DNA from: Candidatus Omnitrophota bacterium | Lineage (GTDB): Bacteria > Omnitrophota > Gorgyraeia > Gygaellales > Profunditerraquicolaceae | Assembly: GCA_963805065.1 (NCBI GenBank) | Contig: CAWDSS010000010.1 | Span: 339,696 to 403,695 of the forward strand | Length of the DNA: 64,000 nucleotides | Reading direction: 5' to 3' | Notes under the pieces: model-generated | The model's input: the letters and a program-made list of their open reading frames with translations, nothing else | Database searches by the model: none | What the model was told of the DNA's origin: nothing | Shown: piece by piece, positions 30,023 through 39,353 of the stretch | Position numbering within the stretch: the first letter of the stretch is position 1 | How the letters are laid out: every line of letters starts with the position of its first letter | Program-made: the position numbers and the translations under genes

Positions 30023-30457
30023 TTATTTCTCCTCTAAGCTCTTCAATAATTTTACCACGCCGTCTATTATTGCCTTGGGGCTGGCAGGGCAACCCGGTAT
30101 AAAAGCCGAAACCGGTATTACAGAATTAATCCCCGCCTTTACATTATAGCAGCCTTTAAATACTCCTCCGCTGCAAGCACAAGTGCCCACAGCCAGCACA
30201 AATTTAGGATTAGGCATCTGGTCATAAATCCTTTTCAATCTGCATTCTATCTGTTTTGTCACCGGGCCTGAGCAGACAAGCACGTCTGCGTGGCGGGGAC
30301 TGCCCTTTAACTGGATGCCAAAACGCTCCACGTCAAAAAGCGGGGTGAGTGCTGCAATTATTTCTATGTCGCAGGCATTGCATGCCCCGGTATTAAAATG
30401 CAAAATCCAGGGAGATTTTCTCCTTGCCCAGTTAACCACTTTCGTTGTAATGGACAC
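30023..30457 (-). CDS. [NiFe]-hydrogenase small subunit (NuoB-like)
   Basis: 144 aa with Cys pattern GACNACDIE..CSGP..GTCACSGG..GCP. Confidence 0.9.
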   Translation of the reverse strand: MSITTKVVNWARRKSPWILHFNTGACNACDIEIIAALTPLFDVERFGIQLKGSPRHADVLVCSGPVTKQIECRLKRIYDQMPNPKFVLAVGTCACSGGVFKGCYNVKAGINSVIPVSAFIPGCPASPKAIIDGVVKLLKSLEEK

Positions 30458-30460
30458 TAC

Positions 30461-30793
30461 CTACCTCCGAAACAATATGTATAAACCCAGGGCAGCTCCT
30501 GTAACATAAATTGCTGCCATGACAAATATACTACGCTCTCCCGCAGGGACAGTGGTCATTAAAAGAGTTGCCACGTGGGCGAGCGTAAAGAAAAATGCAA
30601 AGGGAAAAAATACGCTGTAATCAGGTTGCGCTGTGTTGTTATAATTATCTTCGCCGCAGGCATAGGATTTGCCTGCATCATCTGCTGGGTTGCTTGTCTT
30701 GAATGACAGCTTAGAAAACAAATACGAAAGAAACAACGAAGAGATTAATAGGATTATAAAAACAATTGGCGGGCTAACCAGTAATTTATCCAT
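30461..30793 (-). CDS. NuoA-like small membrane subunit
   Basis: 110 aa with three TM helices and a YACGED motif resembling NuoA YECG. Confidence 0.55.
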   Translation of the reverse strand: MDKLLVSPPIVFIILLISSLFLSYLFSKLSFKTSNPADDAGKSYACGEDNYNNTAQPDYSVFFPFAFFFTLAHVATLLMTTVPAGERSIFVMAAIYVTGAALGLYILFRR

Positions 30794-30796
30794 TGA

Positions 30797-31117
30797 TTAT
30801 CCTTTTAAATTCCGGATTTTTCTTACATCCAGGGAATTATTATTGGTATGAATTCCCAGTATCACTCCCACTGTCACCGTTACGATAACTACTTCAATTA
30901 CAATTAATGTTATGACTAAGCTCTGGGCTAATGCGAGGCTACCCGTAATATATCCTACAACTATTATCAGTAATGTCACTGCTTTTATCAAAATTTCTAA
31001 ACCGATTAACACCCTGATTAAATTAAAGGTCGCCAGAATACAATAAATGCCTATCACAAAAAGCATAATCACAAAGATGCTAAAAGGCCAGAATAAATTC
31101 AAAATCCCGCTATTCAC
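30797..31117 (-). CDS. MrpC/NuoK-like membrane subunit
   Basis: 106 aa with three TM helices, at the expected operon position. Confidence 0.65.
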   Translation of the reverse strand: MNSGILNLFWPFSIFVIMLFVIGIYCILATFNLIRVLIGLEILIKAVTLLIIVVGYITGSLALAQSLVITLIVIEVVIVTVTVGVILGIHTNNNSLDVRKIRNLKG

Positions 31118-31601
31118 TATTTTTCCTCCACTTAAACAATATCACTACTCCCAGGCTTCCTGCCAAAAGTATAATTACCTGACCCAATAAATCCAGCTGC
31201 CTTAAATTCCACATTACCTGCCTGACATCTCTTTCTACTTCTTGCGCAGGAAGTTTAAATCCGGGTTTAAAATTTAACAGCGCTAAGATAATGCCTATGC
31301 CTAAGGCAATAAACGGCAAATACCTGAACCTGCCGTACCTCTCCTTCATATGTTGGATTACTTCTGCCTTGCTCAACGGCTCTGTCAGGCTGATTGTGCT
31401 TACGAATAAAACGGAAATTAACCCTGCGCAAACGGATAACTCAAAAACCGCAGCCAGCGGCGAAAACAAGCGAAACATTAGTATGGTAAGTATCGCGCTG
31501 GTCAATGCCAGGCCGATTGCAGAGCGCAATAAGCTCCTGGTCATCACTGTCCATAGCGCGGCAATAACCAATGCCACAAGAATGATTAAATTTATTTGCA
31601 A
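31110..31601 (-). CDS. MrpB (MnhB)-like membrane subunit
   Basis: 163 aa with four TM helices, at the expected operon position. Confidence 0.6.
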   Translation of the reverse strand: MQINLIILVALVIAALWTVMTRSLLRSAIGLALTSAILTILMFRLFSPLAAVFELSVCAGLISVLFVSTISLTEPLSKAEVIQHMKERYGRFRYLPFIALGIGIILALLNFKPGFKLPAQEVERDVRQVMWNLRQLDLLGQVIILLAGSLGVVILFKWRKNSE

Positions 31602-31602
31602 A

Positions 31603-33036
31603 TTATCCTCCTAAAATACTTTTTACAGGCAACATAAAGGTATTCAGCAGCAGCGGAAAAAATAATCCTACTGCTAATGTAATGATTGTAAGAATAAATA
31701 CAGGAATTAACAAACCTATGCCTACTTCCTTTATATTGGCAAAATCTTCTGTGGTTTTTCCAAAGAAAAGCCGCCTTTGCATGGAAAGAAAATATGCCAG
31801 CGTTAAAACACTTCCCACTACAGCAATTACAGCAAAAATTTTGTATCCTGAAATCCAAAGCGCAATGATAATAATTAATTTGCTCCAGAAGCCGGCTAAT
31901 GGCGGAATGCCTGCTGCAGACAAACTACCGATAACCGAAGATAAGCTGGTCAGAGGCATCCTGGTAGCCAAGCCCTCCATCTTATCCATATCTCTTATGC
32001 CGGTCTGTGATTCTACTGCCGCGGAATTTGTAAATAGAAGCGATTTGAAAATTGCGTGATTGAATAAATGAAAGATTGCTCCGGCAATTCCTAATGCCGC
32101 ACCACTGCCTAGTCCTAATATAATATAACCTACCTGGCTGATGCTTGAATAAGCCAGCATGCGCTTGAAATCACTCTGTCCAAGGGCTGCTAATGCGCCT
32201 AAGATTATGGATATAGCGCCAATTGACATCAATATAATTTTTAGCTGATTATCAAAACCGAATACGCTGTTTATTATCCTGATTAAACCGTAGACTCCTG
32301 CGGTTTTAGTCACAATGCCTGCCAAAAGCACTGACACAGGCGCTGATGCAGATGAATATGCATCCGGCAGCCAGCCATGAAAAGGCATCAGCCCGGATTT
32401 TATAAACAAGCCACAGATAAACAGCCCTAACGCAACTTTAATCACCAGGTTGTGGGGATAATTTTGCAATGCGAAATTTATGATGGAAAAATCAGTGCTG
32501 CCTGAAACCAAAACCAGCAGCGAAATCGCAGAAAGCATCAACACGCTTGCCACTGCGGAAAGGATTATATACTTGAACGCGCCCTCAAGCGCAAAGCTAT
32601 CCTTATAAAAGGCAATCAGGATAAATGAAGCCACTGCTACCACCTCAATAAACACATACAATGAAAAAACATCTTTTACCAATACCACGCCGTTTAAACC
32701 TGCCAACAAAACCAGTAACAGGTTTGTAAAATTAAAGTTTTGGCCTTCCTCTTTCATTAAATATTTAGCCATTAGCAATGTTATAAATAAGACAATGCCT
32801 ATGCAAAGCAGCATTACGCGGGTCAGGTTATCCACTGCCAGGTTAAAGCTAAATAAATTATTCAATTGCCTCAGGCTGCTATATTGAGAAAAAGCCGAAG
32901 GAAAAATTGCATACATAACTTCTGCAAACGACAATAGCAGACCAACCCATAAGGCTATGCCCTTCATTAAATTCTTAAAAGGCAAATTTAAGATGATTAT
33001 GCTAAAAAAGGGGATTAAAATTAATGCTGCGTACAT
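31603..33036 (-). CDS. Antiporter-like subunit (MrpD/NuoN family)
   Basis: 477 aa with WLPDAY..APVSVLLAG motif. Confidence 0.85.
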   Translation of the reverse strand: MYAALILIPFFSIIILNLPFKNLMKGIALWVGLLLSFAEVMYAIFPSAFSQYSSLRQLNNLFSFNLAVDNLTRVMLLCIGIVLFITLLMAKYLMKEEGQNFNFTNLLLVLLAGLNGVVLVKDVFSLYVFIEVVAVASFILIAFYKDSFALEGAFKYIILSAVASVLMLSAISLLVLVSGSTDFSIINFALQNYPHNLVIKVALGLFICGLFIKSGLMPFHGWLPDAYSSASAPVSVLLAGIVTKTAGVYGLIRIINSVFGFDNQLKIILMSIGAISIILGALAALGQSDFKRMLAYSSISQVGYIILGLGSGAALGIAGAIFHLFNHAIFKSLLFTNSAAVESQTGIRDMDKMEGLATRMPLTSLSSVIGSLSAAGIPPLAGFWSKLIIIIALWISGYKIFAVIAVVGSVLTLAYFLSMQRRLFFGKTTEDFANIKEVGIGLLIPVFILTIITLAVGLFFPLLLNTFMLPVKSILGG

Positions 33037-34853
33037 AGTATAATCGTAATTAAAACCATTCCTGCCAGCGACCAGGCAAGATATATGGAATAATTTCCGG
33101 TGTGTAATTTTCTTATTTGGTTGGTAAGGCCATAGGTTAATTTGACTGTAAAATTATTGTATATCCAGTCTATTGCCTTATCCAACCACCAGGTGATATT
33201 TGTTATAACATTTACGATTTTTAAGCCAATATCATAAGGATCGAAAAATCTTTTCTCCGCCTTTGCGTAAATCGTGGACAATACCGGCGCATAATGTATA
33301 TGGTCAACAGCCTTAAGTCCGCTACCTTTAGTTCTTACTCCGTATAAATGATTTAATAAGGCTACCACTAAAACAAAAATCGTAATTATCACCAGTGTGG
33401 TGTTAGCCGGCATGCCGGAGAAATTATGCCCTTGGAGTTTATCGCCTAATACAGGCTGGATTAATTTATTAATCGGTAAATAATTATACACCCCGAAAAT
33501 TATACAAATAGCCGCGATAACAATCATGGGGATTAACATTACGGCTGAAGCTTCTTTTACGTTTTTATGCTCTTCTTTTAATTTACCTAAGAATGCAGCG
33601 TGGCCTAATTTTAAAAATGAAGCGGCTGTAAAAAAAGAGCCCACAACCGCTGCCAGATAAAATATCCAGTGCCTCTCCAATGCCCCGTCATAAACCAGTT
33701 CTTTGGAAAAGAATCCATTAAACGGCGGGACTCCGGAAATAGCTAAGGCAGTGATGATAAAGCAACCGAAGGTTATGGGCATTTTTGCGCCAATACCACC
33801 GAGCTTTTCCAAGTCAGCTGTGCCAGCCTGTTTCTCAACCGCGCCACCCGTAAGAAACAAGCAACTTTTATATAATGCATTATTTATCATATGAAACAAC
33901 CCGCCCACAATACCCACAGGCACTGCCGTGCCTATGCCTAAAATCATGTAGCCTACCTGGCTTATGGCATGATAGGAAAGCAGCTTTTTATAATTCTTTT
34001 GTATTAAAGCCATCATTACAGCCAGGACTATGGTAAGTGAGCCGATAATCATCAGCATGGTGCTGACCCAGGAATGAGGCGTCAATTGAAACATATCCAA
34101 ACAAATCCTGGTCAAGAAATATATGCCTAAGAGTTTTTCAAAAGCACCCGGGATAAGTGCCATAAAAGGAAGCGGTGCATCAATTGCAGCATCAGGAATC
34201 CAGGAATGAAACGGCATTGCCCCTGATTTTGAAATTGCTCCGATCATCAACAGCACGAATGCCACGCTGCTTAAAGTATTTATGGGAAGGTTTATGCGGG
34301 AAATCGCCAGTGTTCCTGCCAAGTGACCTGTAAGCACAATACCGAACATAAGACATAAATCAGTAATACCTACTATAATAAATGCTTTGGTAGCGGTTTT
34401 AAAACTGGCAGCGCTGCCAATATAAATCATGGCAAACAGTGTTAAGAGTAACCCCTCCCAGAAGAATAACATGATTAAAAGATTGTCCGCCAGCACTGCG
34501 CCATTCATAAACGCGACTGAAATCAACAAATAGGCGTAAAATTTATTTAAATACTCTTTTCCCCGGATGAACGGCACCGAATAAACAGCAATGAGAAATC
34601 CAAAAGCGCAAATCGAGGTAAGTATAAACGCGCTAAAATGATATAATCTCAGGGAAAAATCCAAGCCAAACCCCAACCACGCCAGGTTATACTGCAAATT
34701 ATTTTTGAATACTGCTGCTGAGATTAAAAGCGTAGCTAAGCTGGCAAGGATTGTTACTGACTCTCTTATTGCGCGCACCCGCTTGGGTATGGCAAAAAGA
34801 GCCATGCCTGATAATAAAGGTATAATAATAGGTAAAAGTAAGATTCTATCCAT
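33021..34853 (-). CDS. Antiporter-like subunit (MrpA/NuoL family)
   Basis: 610 aa with HSWIPDA and AISQVGYM motifs. Confidence 0.85.
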   Translation of the reverse strand: MDRILLLPIIIPLLSGMALFAIPKRVRAIRESVTILASLATLLISAAVFKNNLQYNLAWLGFGLDFSLRLYHFSAFILTSICAFGFLIAVYSVPFIRGKEYLNKFYAYLLISVAFMNGAVLADNLLIMLFFWEGLLLTLFAMIYIGSAASFKTATKAFIIVGITDLCLMFGIVLTGHLAGTLAISRINLPINTLSSVAFVLLMIGAISKSGAMPFHSWIPDAAIDAPLPFMALIPGAFEKLLGIYFLTRICLDMFQLTPHSWVSTMLMIIGSLTIVLAVMMALIQKNYKKLLSYHAISQVGYMILGIGTAVPVGIVGGLFHMINNALYKSCLFLTGGAVEKQAGTADLEKLGGIGAKMPITFGCFIITALAISGVPPFNGFFSKELVYDGALERHWIFYLAAVVGSFFTAASFLKLGHAAFLGKLKEEHKNVKEASAVMLIPMIVIAAICIIFGVYNYLPINKLIQPVLGDKLQGHNFSGMPANTTLVIITIFVLVVALLNHLYGVRTKGSGLKAVDHIHYAPVLSTIYAKAEKRFFDPYDIGLKIVNVITNITWWLDKAIDWIYNNFTVKLTYGLTNQIRKLHTGNYSIYLAWSLAGMVLITIILCTQH

Positions 34854-36304
34854 TATTTTATTAAGCCCAGCATTTGCTGGACGCTAAATTGCGCAAACTT
34901 CATAGGATACCAGACTAAAATTCCGCTCGCAATGGAAAGAAAACCCAGCATGGCTACTGAAATAACCATTACGTGGCTTGCTTCCCTTGCCTTGGGACTG
35001 TGCGGCTCACCCAGAAAAACCAGGTTAAACACTCTGAAAAGATACATTATAGTCATAAACGCAATAGCTAAGAAAGCAGCGCCAATCCAAAGATGCCCGC
35101 TCTTAATTACGCCTGCGAATATAAGATACTTGCTGAAGAATCCTCCGAAGGGCGGTATGCCCATTACGGAAAATGCGCAAAATAAAAATGCTACTGCGGT
35201 TACAGGCATGGTAGAAATCAGGCCGCCAAGTTTTGTAATATCCTTGACCTTGGTATTTTGCTCCACTATACCTGCGCAAAGGAAAAGCCCGGCTTTGGCA
35301 ATGCCATGCATAAGTATGAATAACAATCCTCCCACTACAGCAACATCATTGCCTAGGCTCAAGCCAAAAAATATAAAACCAATCTGGCTAATGGTTGAAT
35401 AGGCAATAATTCTCTTTAAATCTGTCTCTCTAAGGGCGGCACCTGCTGAAACCAATGCGCTCACTGCGGCAATTATTGGCACTACTACATGCCAGAATTG
35501 CTCCAGCGTAAATGTGGCTAAAAACAGCCTGGCAAAAACATACACGCCTATTTTGACTAACACAGCAGCATGTAACAAGGCAGTAACCGGCGAGGGAGCA
35601 ACACCAGCGTCCGGCAACCAGGTATGAAAAGGTAAAGTCGCGGATTTAGAAAGTATGCCGATAAGAATTAACCCTACTGCTAAATTAGGAAGCGGGCTAT
35701 TTTTAAATGTTTCTTTGATAACTGCCAGGTCAAATGAGTTTGCCTGCTGATAAATAATGATAAAACCGATAAGCATTGTCAGGGCGCCGAATACAGTGAC
35801 TAAAAATGCCTTGTCTGCTTTCAAAACATAAGGTTTATCACGAAAGAAACCTATTAAGCGCCAGCTGGTTATGGCAGTAATTTCCCAGAAGACATACAGC
35901 AATATCAGATTCCCGGAAAAAATCAGGCCCATCATCGCACCCAGGAACAAAACCACCATGCAATAATATTCATTCTGGTTCTTATAATGGCTTATATAAC
36001 CGAAGGAATACAGGACAATTATCGTGCTGATTAAAGAGGAGACAATCGCCATGAACACTGCCAGGCTGTCAGCGGTAAGAGAAAAATTAATGCCCAGTGC
36101 AAATTGTTTAGTGAGGGAAATGATTTTGCCTGATAATACAGGCGAGATCAGGGTAAGAGAGCAAACTAAAGAAGCAGCCACGAAACTTAAAGCCAGCCAA
36201 TTCCTCAAACGCAGAGAAATTTTGCCAACGACAGGCAGCAAGAATGCCCCGATTACCGGAACACAAACTATGCTTAAAAGTATGTATTCAAAATTTATAC
36301 CCAT
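34853..36304 (-). CDS. Antiporter-like subunit (MrpD/NuoM family)
   Basis: 483 aa with HTWLPDAGVAPSPVTALLHA motif. Confidence 0.85.
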   Translation of the reverse strand: MGINFEYILLSIVCVPVIGAFLLPVVGKISLRLRNWLALSFVAASLVCSLTLISPVLSGKIISLTKQFALGINFSLTADSLAVFMAIVSSLISTIIVLYSFGYISHYKNQNEYYCMVVLFLGAMMGLIFSGNLILLYVFWEITAITSWRLIGFFRDKPYVLKADKAFLVTVFGALTMLIGFIIIYQQANSFDLAVIKETFKNSPLPNLAVGLILIGILSKSATLPFHTWLPDAGVAPSPVTALLHAAVLVKIGVYVFARLFLATFTLEQFWHVVVPIIAAVSALVSAGAALRETDLKRIIAYSTISQIGFIFFGLSLGNDVAVVGGLLFILMHGIAKAGLFLCAGIVEQNTKVKDITKLGGLISTMPVTAVAFLFCAFSVMGIPPFGGFFSKYLIFAGVIKSGHLWIGAAFLAIAFMTIMYLFRVFNLVFLGEPHSPKAREASHVMVISVAMLGFLSIASGILVWYPMKFAQFSVQQMLGLIK

Positions 36305-36413
36305 CTGCCTTAGTTAAAAAAAGCCCCTCTTTTGTTTTTTACCCATTTTTGGATTAGTCCGTCTCTTCTTCTTATCAACCCTGATAATAAGATATGATGG
36401 GGGTGGGAAGTCT

Positions 36414-36441
36414 AATATAGCAAAAATCCGCGGATTGTCAA
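36414..36441 (-). promoter_or_regulatory. Sigma70-type promoter of the hydrogenase operon
   Basis: The minus sense reads TTGACA-N16-TATATT. Confidence 0.5.
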
Positions 36442-36485
36442 GCCAATTAAGGCTGTTTAACTTACCCTAGAAACGGTATTGGGAT

Positions 36486-37406
36486 TTATAAATTTTTATA
36501 GTAATTATAGGTGAGTAATGTGACATCGGATATAAACTTCTTAGTATTCCTAGCAAATCTATCTTCATGCTTAGCCAAAACACAAATTAGGAAATTTCCT
36601 TTATTAGTAAATACAATCCCCACATCATGACAAACATGTCTTTCTAAGCCGGTCTTATGAACAACATAGGTTCCTCTTGGTAGTTTTCTGGGGATGCGGT
36701 CGTTAATTTTCTGCTGCCCTAATAATTCCAGGCATTTTTCGGAAACATCTTTATTTAAAAACTTCTTATAATATAGTTGTTCCAGCAAATAAGCCATATC
36801 CCCGGCTGTGGTATAGTTCTCTTCGCCTTCCCTTCTTTCTTTGAAATCCATCATTTTGCGGGCAATATTAGTATTTTTTAAGCCCATTTTCTTAAAATAA
36901 GTGTTTAGTGTATCGAATCCCAGGTAATCTATCAATACATTGGCCGCAGCATTATCACTCTGGGTAATCATAGGATTAAACAATTCTTCCACTGTAAAGA
37001 CTGAACCGGCCGGCTCTCTTCCCAGCACCTTTGATCCGGATACTTTCTGGCAAGATTTAAGGCTTATGATATCTTTTAGGCTAATTTTGCCATCTTGCGC
37101 TGCGTAAAAACAAGACAGCATAATGGGAACTTTTACTAAACTTGCAGAAGGAATTAGCGTATCTTCATTAAAAGCAATCTCCCGTTCCATATCTAAATCT
37201 TCGACCACTAATCCGACTGTGCCCCTAAAATGCCTGACTTTATTTTCCAAGGTATTTTTTAAACGCAACCACTCAACTTGTCTTCTCTCTAAGGGGCTCT
37301 GTCCTCTTGCAATATTCTGATGTTCTTTATATATTTTGTATGAAAATAGTAAAGCTGCCGCGAGGACAATAAACAAAACCATAAAAATTATTATTTTTCT
37401 TTTCAT
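36486..37406 (-). CDS. Class A beta-lactamase-family serine hydrolase, membrane-anchored or secreted
   Basis: SxxK (SLVK), SDN (QSDNAA) and KTG (HKTG) motifs occur in the correct order. Confidence 0.75.
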   Translation of the reverse strand: MKRKIIIFMVLFIVLAAALLFSYKIYKEHQNIARGQSPLERRQVEWLRLKNTLENKVRHFRGTVGLVVEDLDMEREIAFNEDTLIPSASLVKVPIMLSCFYAAQDGKISLKDIISLKSCQKVSGSKVLGREPAGSVFTVEELFNPMITQSDNAAANVLIDYLGFDTLNTYFKKMGLKNTNIARKMMDFKERREGEENYTTAGDMAYLLEQLYYKKFLNKDVSEKCLELLGQQKINDRIPRKLPRGTYVVHKTGLERHVCHDVGIVFTNKGNFLICVLAKHEDRFARNTKKFISDVTLLTYNYYKNL

Positions 37407-37492
37407 AATTAATAGCTACCCTGGAGTGGTAATAAGAAAAACGGCAGGCAACTATTGTTATGCCTGCCGTAATCGCCTGGAGAATTTATTTA

Positions 37493-37927
37493 TTATTTAC
37501 TTTCGCCTTGTTCTGACTTAGGTTCTACTTTTTCTCCGACTTCCTCTTTTTCCTTCTTTTCTTGCATCATTTTCTGCATTTCGCTCTTGGGCTTACCTGC
37601 ACACATTTCCTGTAATCCCTTTGCTAAATCCGGATTGGATTTTTGAAGAGCTGCTGAGGCATCTTGCAGAAGCTTTACTTTTGCGTCATGTTTTGTTTTC
37701 CATTCCTGCATTTCTTTTGCTTCTTTATCTGCATAATCGCTTAATCCCTTTGCTAAATCCGGATTGGATTTTTGCAGGGCTGTTGCAGAATCCCTAAGAA
37801 GCTTTACTTTTGCGTCGTGATTCATCTTCCCTGTCTTGCACCCTTCTTCCGCAAATGCTAAGCTAGAAAGAAAAACAACCATTCCCGCTACAGCTAACCC
37901 GATTACTATGGTTCGTAAAGATTTCAT
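37493..37927 (-). CDS. Secreted protein with two tandem ~46-aa repeats
   Basis: Signal peptide present. HDAKVKLL..ALQKSNPDLAKGL occurs twice, and strong SD GGAGGG precedes the start. Confidence 0.6.
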   Translation of the reverse strand: MKSLRTIVIGLAVAGMVVFLSSLAFAEEGCKTGKMNHDAKVKLLRDSATALQKSNPDLAKGLSDYADKEAKEMQEWKTKHDAKVKLLQDASAALQKSNPDLAKGLQEMCAGKPKSEMQKMMQEKKEKEEVGEKVEPKSEQGESK

Positions 37928-38128
37928 ATGTCCCTCCTTTCATATAGAGGCATAGTATAACATAAGAACCTAATTAGTAAAGTAAAAACTAACGCTATGT
38001 AAATTGTGCCATAACTTAAACAAAATTTTCTTTACATAAAAAATTAATAAACCTTGTAAAGCAACAAGAATAGTGTATACTTAGAGTGTAGACAACACAA
38101 GCTGTAGAATCAGGTTGTAGAGTCGCGG

Positions 38129-38168
38129 AAAAGGCGTCAGTAATAAACTCGACGCCTTTTCTGTTTTT
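38129..38168. terminator. Bidirectional rho-independent terminator
   Basis: AAAAGGCGTC-N12-GACGCCTTTT is followed by CTGTTTTT on the plus strand and TTTTCC on the minus strand. Confidence 0.7.
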
Positions 38169-38181
38169 AGGGACTTACCGT

Positions 38182-38448
38182 TTATTTTAACTTTTTCTCT
38201 TCCTTTACAGCTTGCCCCTCTACGTCTATAACGTTACTGTGTTTTGAAGAGAAAGAGAAGATTTTTCTCATGGCAATGCGCGCATTAAGCATAAATAATA
38301 AAATCAGGGTCCCCTCAATCAATAACCATACATGCAGCTTAAAAAACATCCAACCAAACAACAGATTGAATAATATAAGAGAAGGCAAAAAACATCCTGC
38401 CTGGCTTACAAAAAATATGGATTGATTGTGGGAATGTAATTTTGCCAT
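38182..38448 (-). CDS. Small membrane protein (88 aa, 2 TM)
   Basis: Start ATG 38448 (MAKLHSHNQ). The track start at 38496 lies inside the promoter repeat. Confidence 0.5.
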   Translation of the reverse strand: MAKLHSHNQSIFFVSQAGCFLPSLILFNLLFGWMFFKLHVWLLIEGTLILLFMLNARIAMRKIFSFSSKHSNVIDVEGQAVKEEKKLK

Positions 38449-38468
38449 ATAAAAACCCTCTGCGATAT

Positions 38469-38571
38469 ATTCTATCACAGAAGGCCATGAATTCAACCTC
38501 CGCCTCGCCCGTGCTTCCTCGCTTCCTATGCCAAACCTAATTTCCTTCCCATGCGCTAGGTAGAAACGATC
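38469..38571 (-). repeat. Promoter-bearing cassette repeat, E1
   Basis: The minus sense reads TTGAAT (38496-38491)-N16-TAGAAT (38474-38469) with a TG extension. The upstream part aligns with E2, E3 and E6. Confidence 0.75.
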
Positions 38572-39204
38572 TTAAGATTTCCGCTGCTCCTCTTGTTTTT
38601 TCTTCTCTTCGGTAACATCTCTGGCTATATGCACAAACTCGATAATCTCTCCCTTTTGATTTTTGATTGGATAAGCGGTAACCTCGGAGTAGAATTTTCC
38701 TGTAGCCCCCTGATGAAGGTGAACCTCTTTGGTTGGCATGCCGGTCTTAAGAACCTGCGCAATGGGACAGATATCATGGGGCGGTTGGCAGGGAACTTTC
38801 TGATTATGCGTGACTTCGTAGCAATACTTTCCCGTCAAGTCGTCTATTTTACACCCGAATTGGTTTAAAAATGTTTTGTTTGCCCATAATATCTTAAAAT
38901 CCTTAGAAACAAGGATTATCTGTTCCGTGATTCCGTTAACGATATTCTCCAGGAACTGATTTACTTTATACAATTCTGACTCCAAATGTTTACGCTGTTC
39001 AATCTCAATATGGAGCTGTTTATTGATGATTCGTTCCGCGGAAGTGCGGCTTTCCACCCGCTCTTCAAGGGTCAAGACGAGCTGCTTTAATTTCTCATCC
39101 TTAAGCTTCAACCTGCGCTCCAGCTTTTCGGTCCTCTCCAGCTGGCTGCTTAAAGATTCCACTTCTTTAATTAGCTGTTTGTTGGTTTTTTCTTTATTAT
39201 TCAT
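38572..39204 (-). CDS. Coiled-coil plus PAS domain protein with no output domain
   Basis: 210 aa with a heptad-rich N-terminus and a PAS-like core ITEQIILVSKDFKILWANKTFLNQFG. Confidence 0.7.
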   Translation of the reverse strand: MNNKEKTNKQLIKEVESLSSQLERTEKLERRLKLKDEKLKQLVLTLEERVESRTSAERIINKQLHIEIEQRKHLESELYKVNQFLENIVNGITEQIILVSKDFKILWANKTFLNQFGCKIDDLTGKYCYEVTHNQKVPCQPPHDICPIAQVLKTGMPTKEVHLHQGATGKFYSEVTAYPIKNQKGEIIEFVHIARDVTEEKKKQEEQRKS

Positions 39205-39225
39205 TTTATTCTCTTTCCAACATAT

Positions 39226-39340
39226 ATTCTATCACAGAGGACTATGAATTCAACATCCGCTTCGCCCGTGCTTCCCCAGGGACACTTCTATCAAAACTAA
39301 TTTACCTGCAATGTCTTATCAAGAAACGGTCTTGAGACTT
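39226..39340 (-). repeat. Promoter-bearing cassette repeat, E2
   Basis: AAGTCTCAAGACCGTTTCTTGATAAG..GGAAGCACGGGCGAAGCGGATGTTGAATTCATAGTCCTCTGTGATAGAAT. Confidence 0.8.
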
Positions 39341-39353
39341 TATTGAGACTTTA

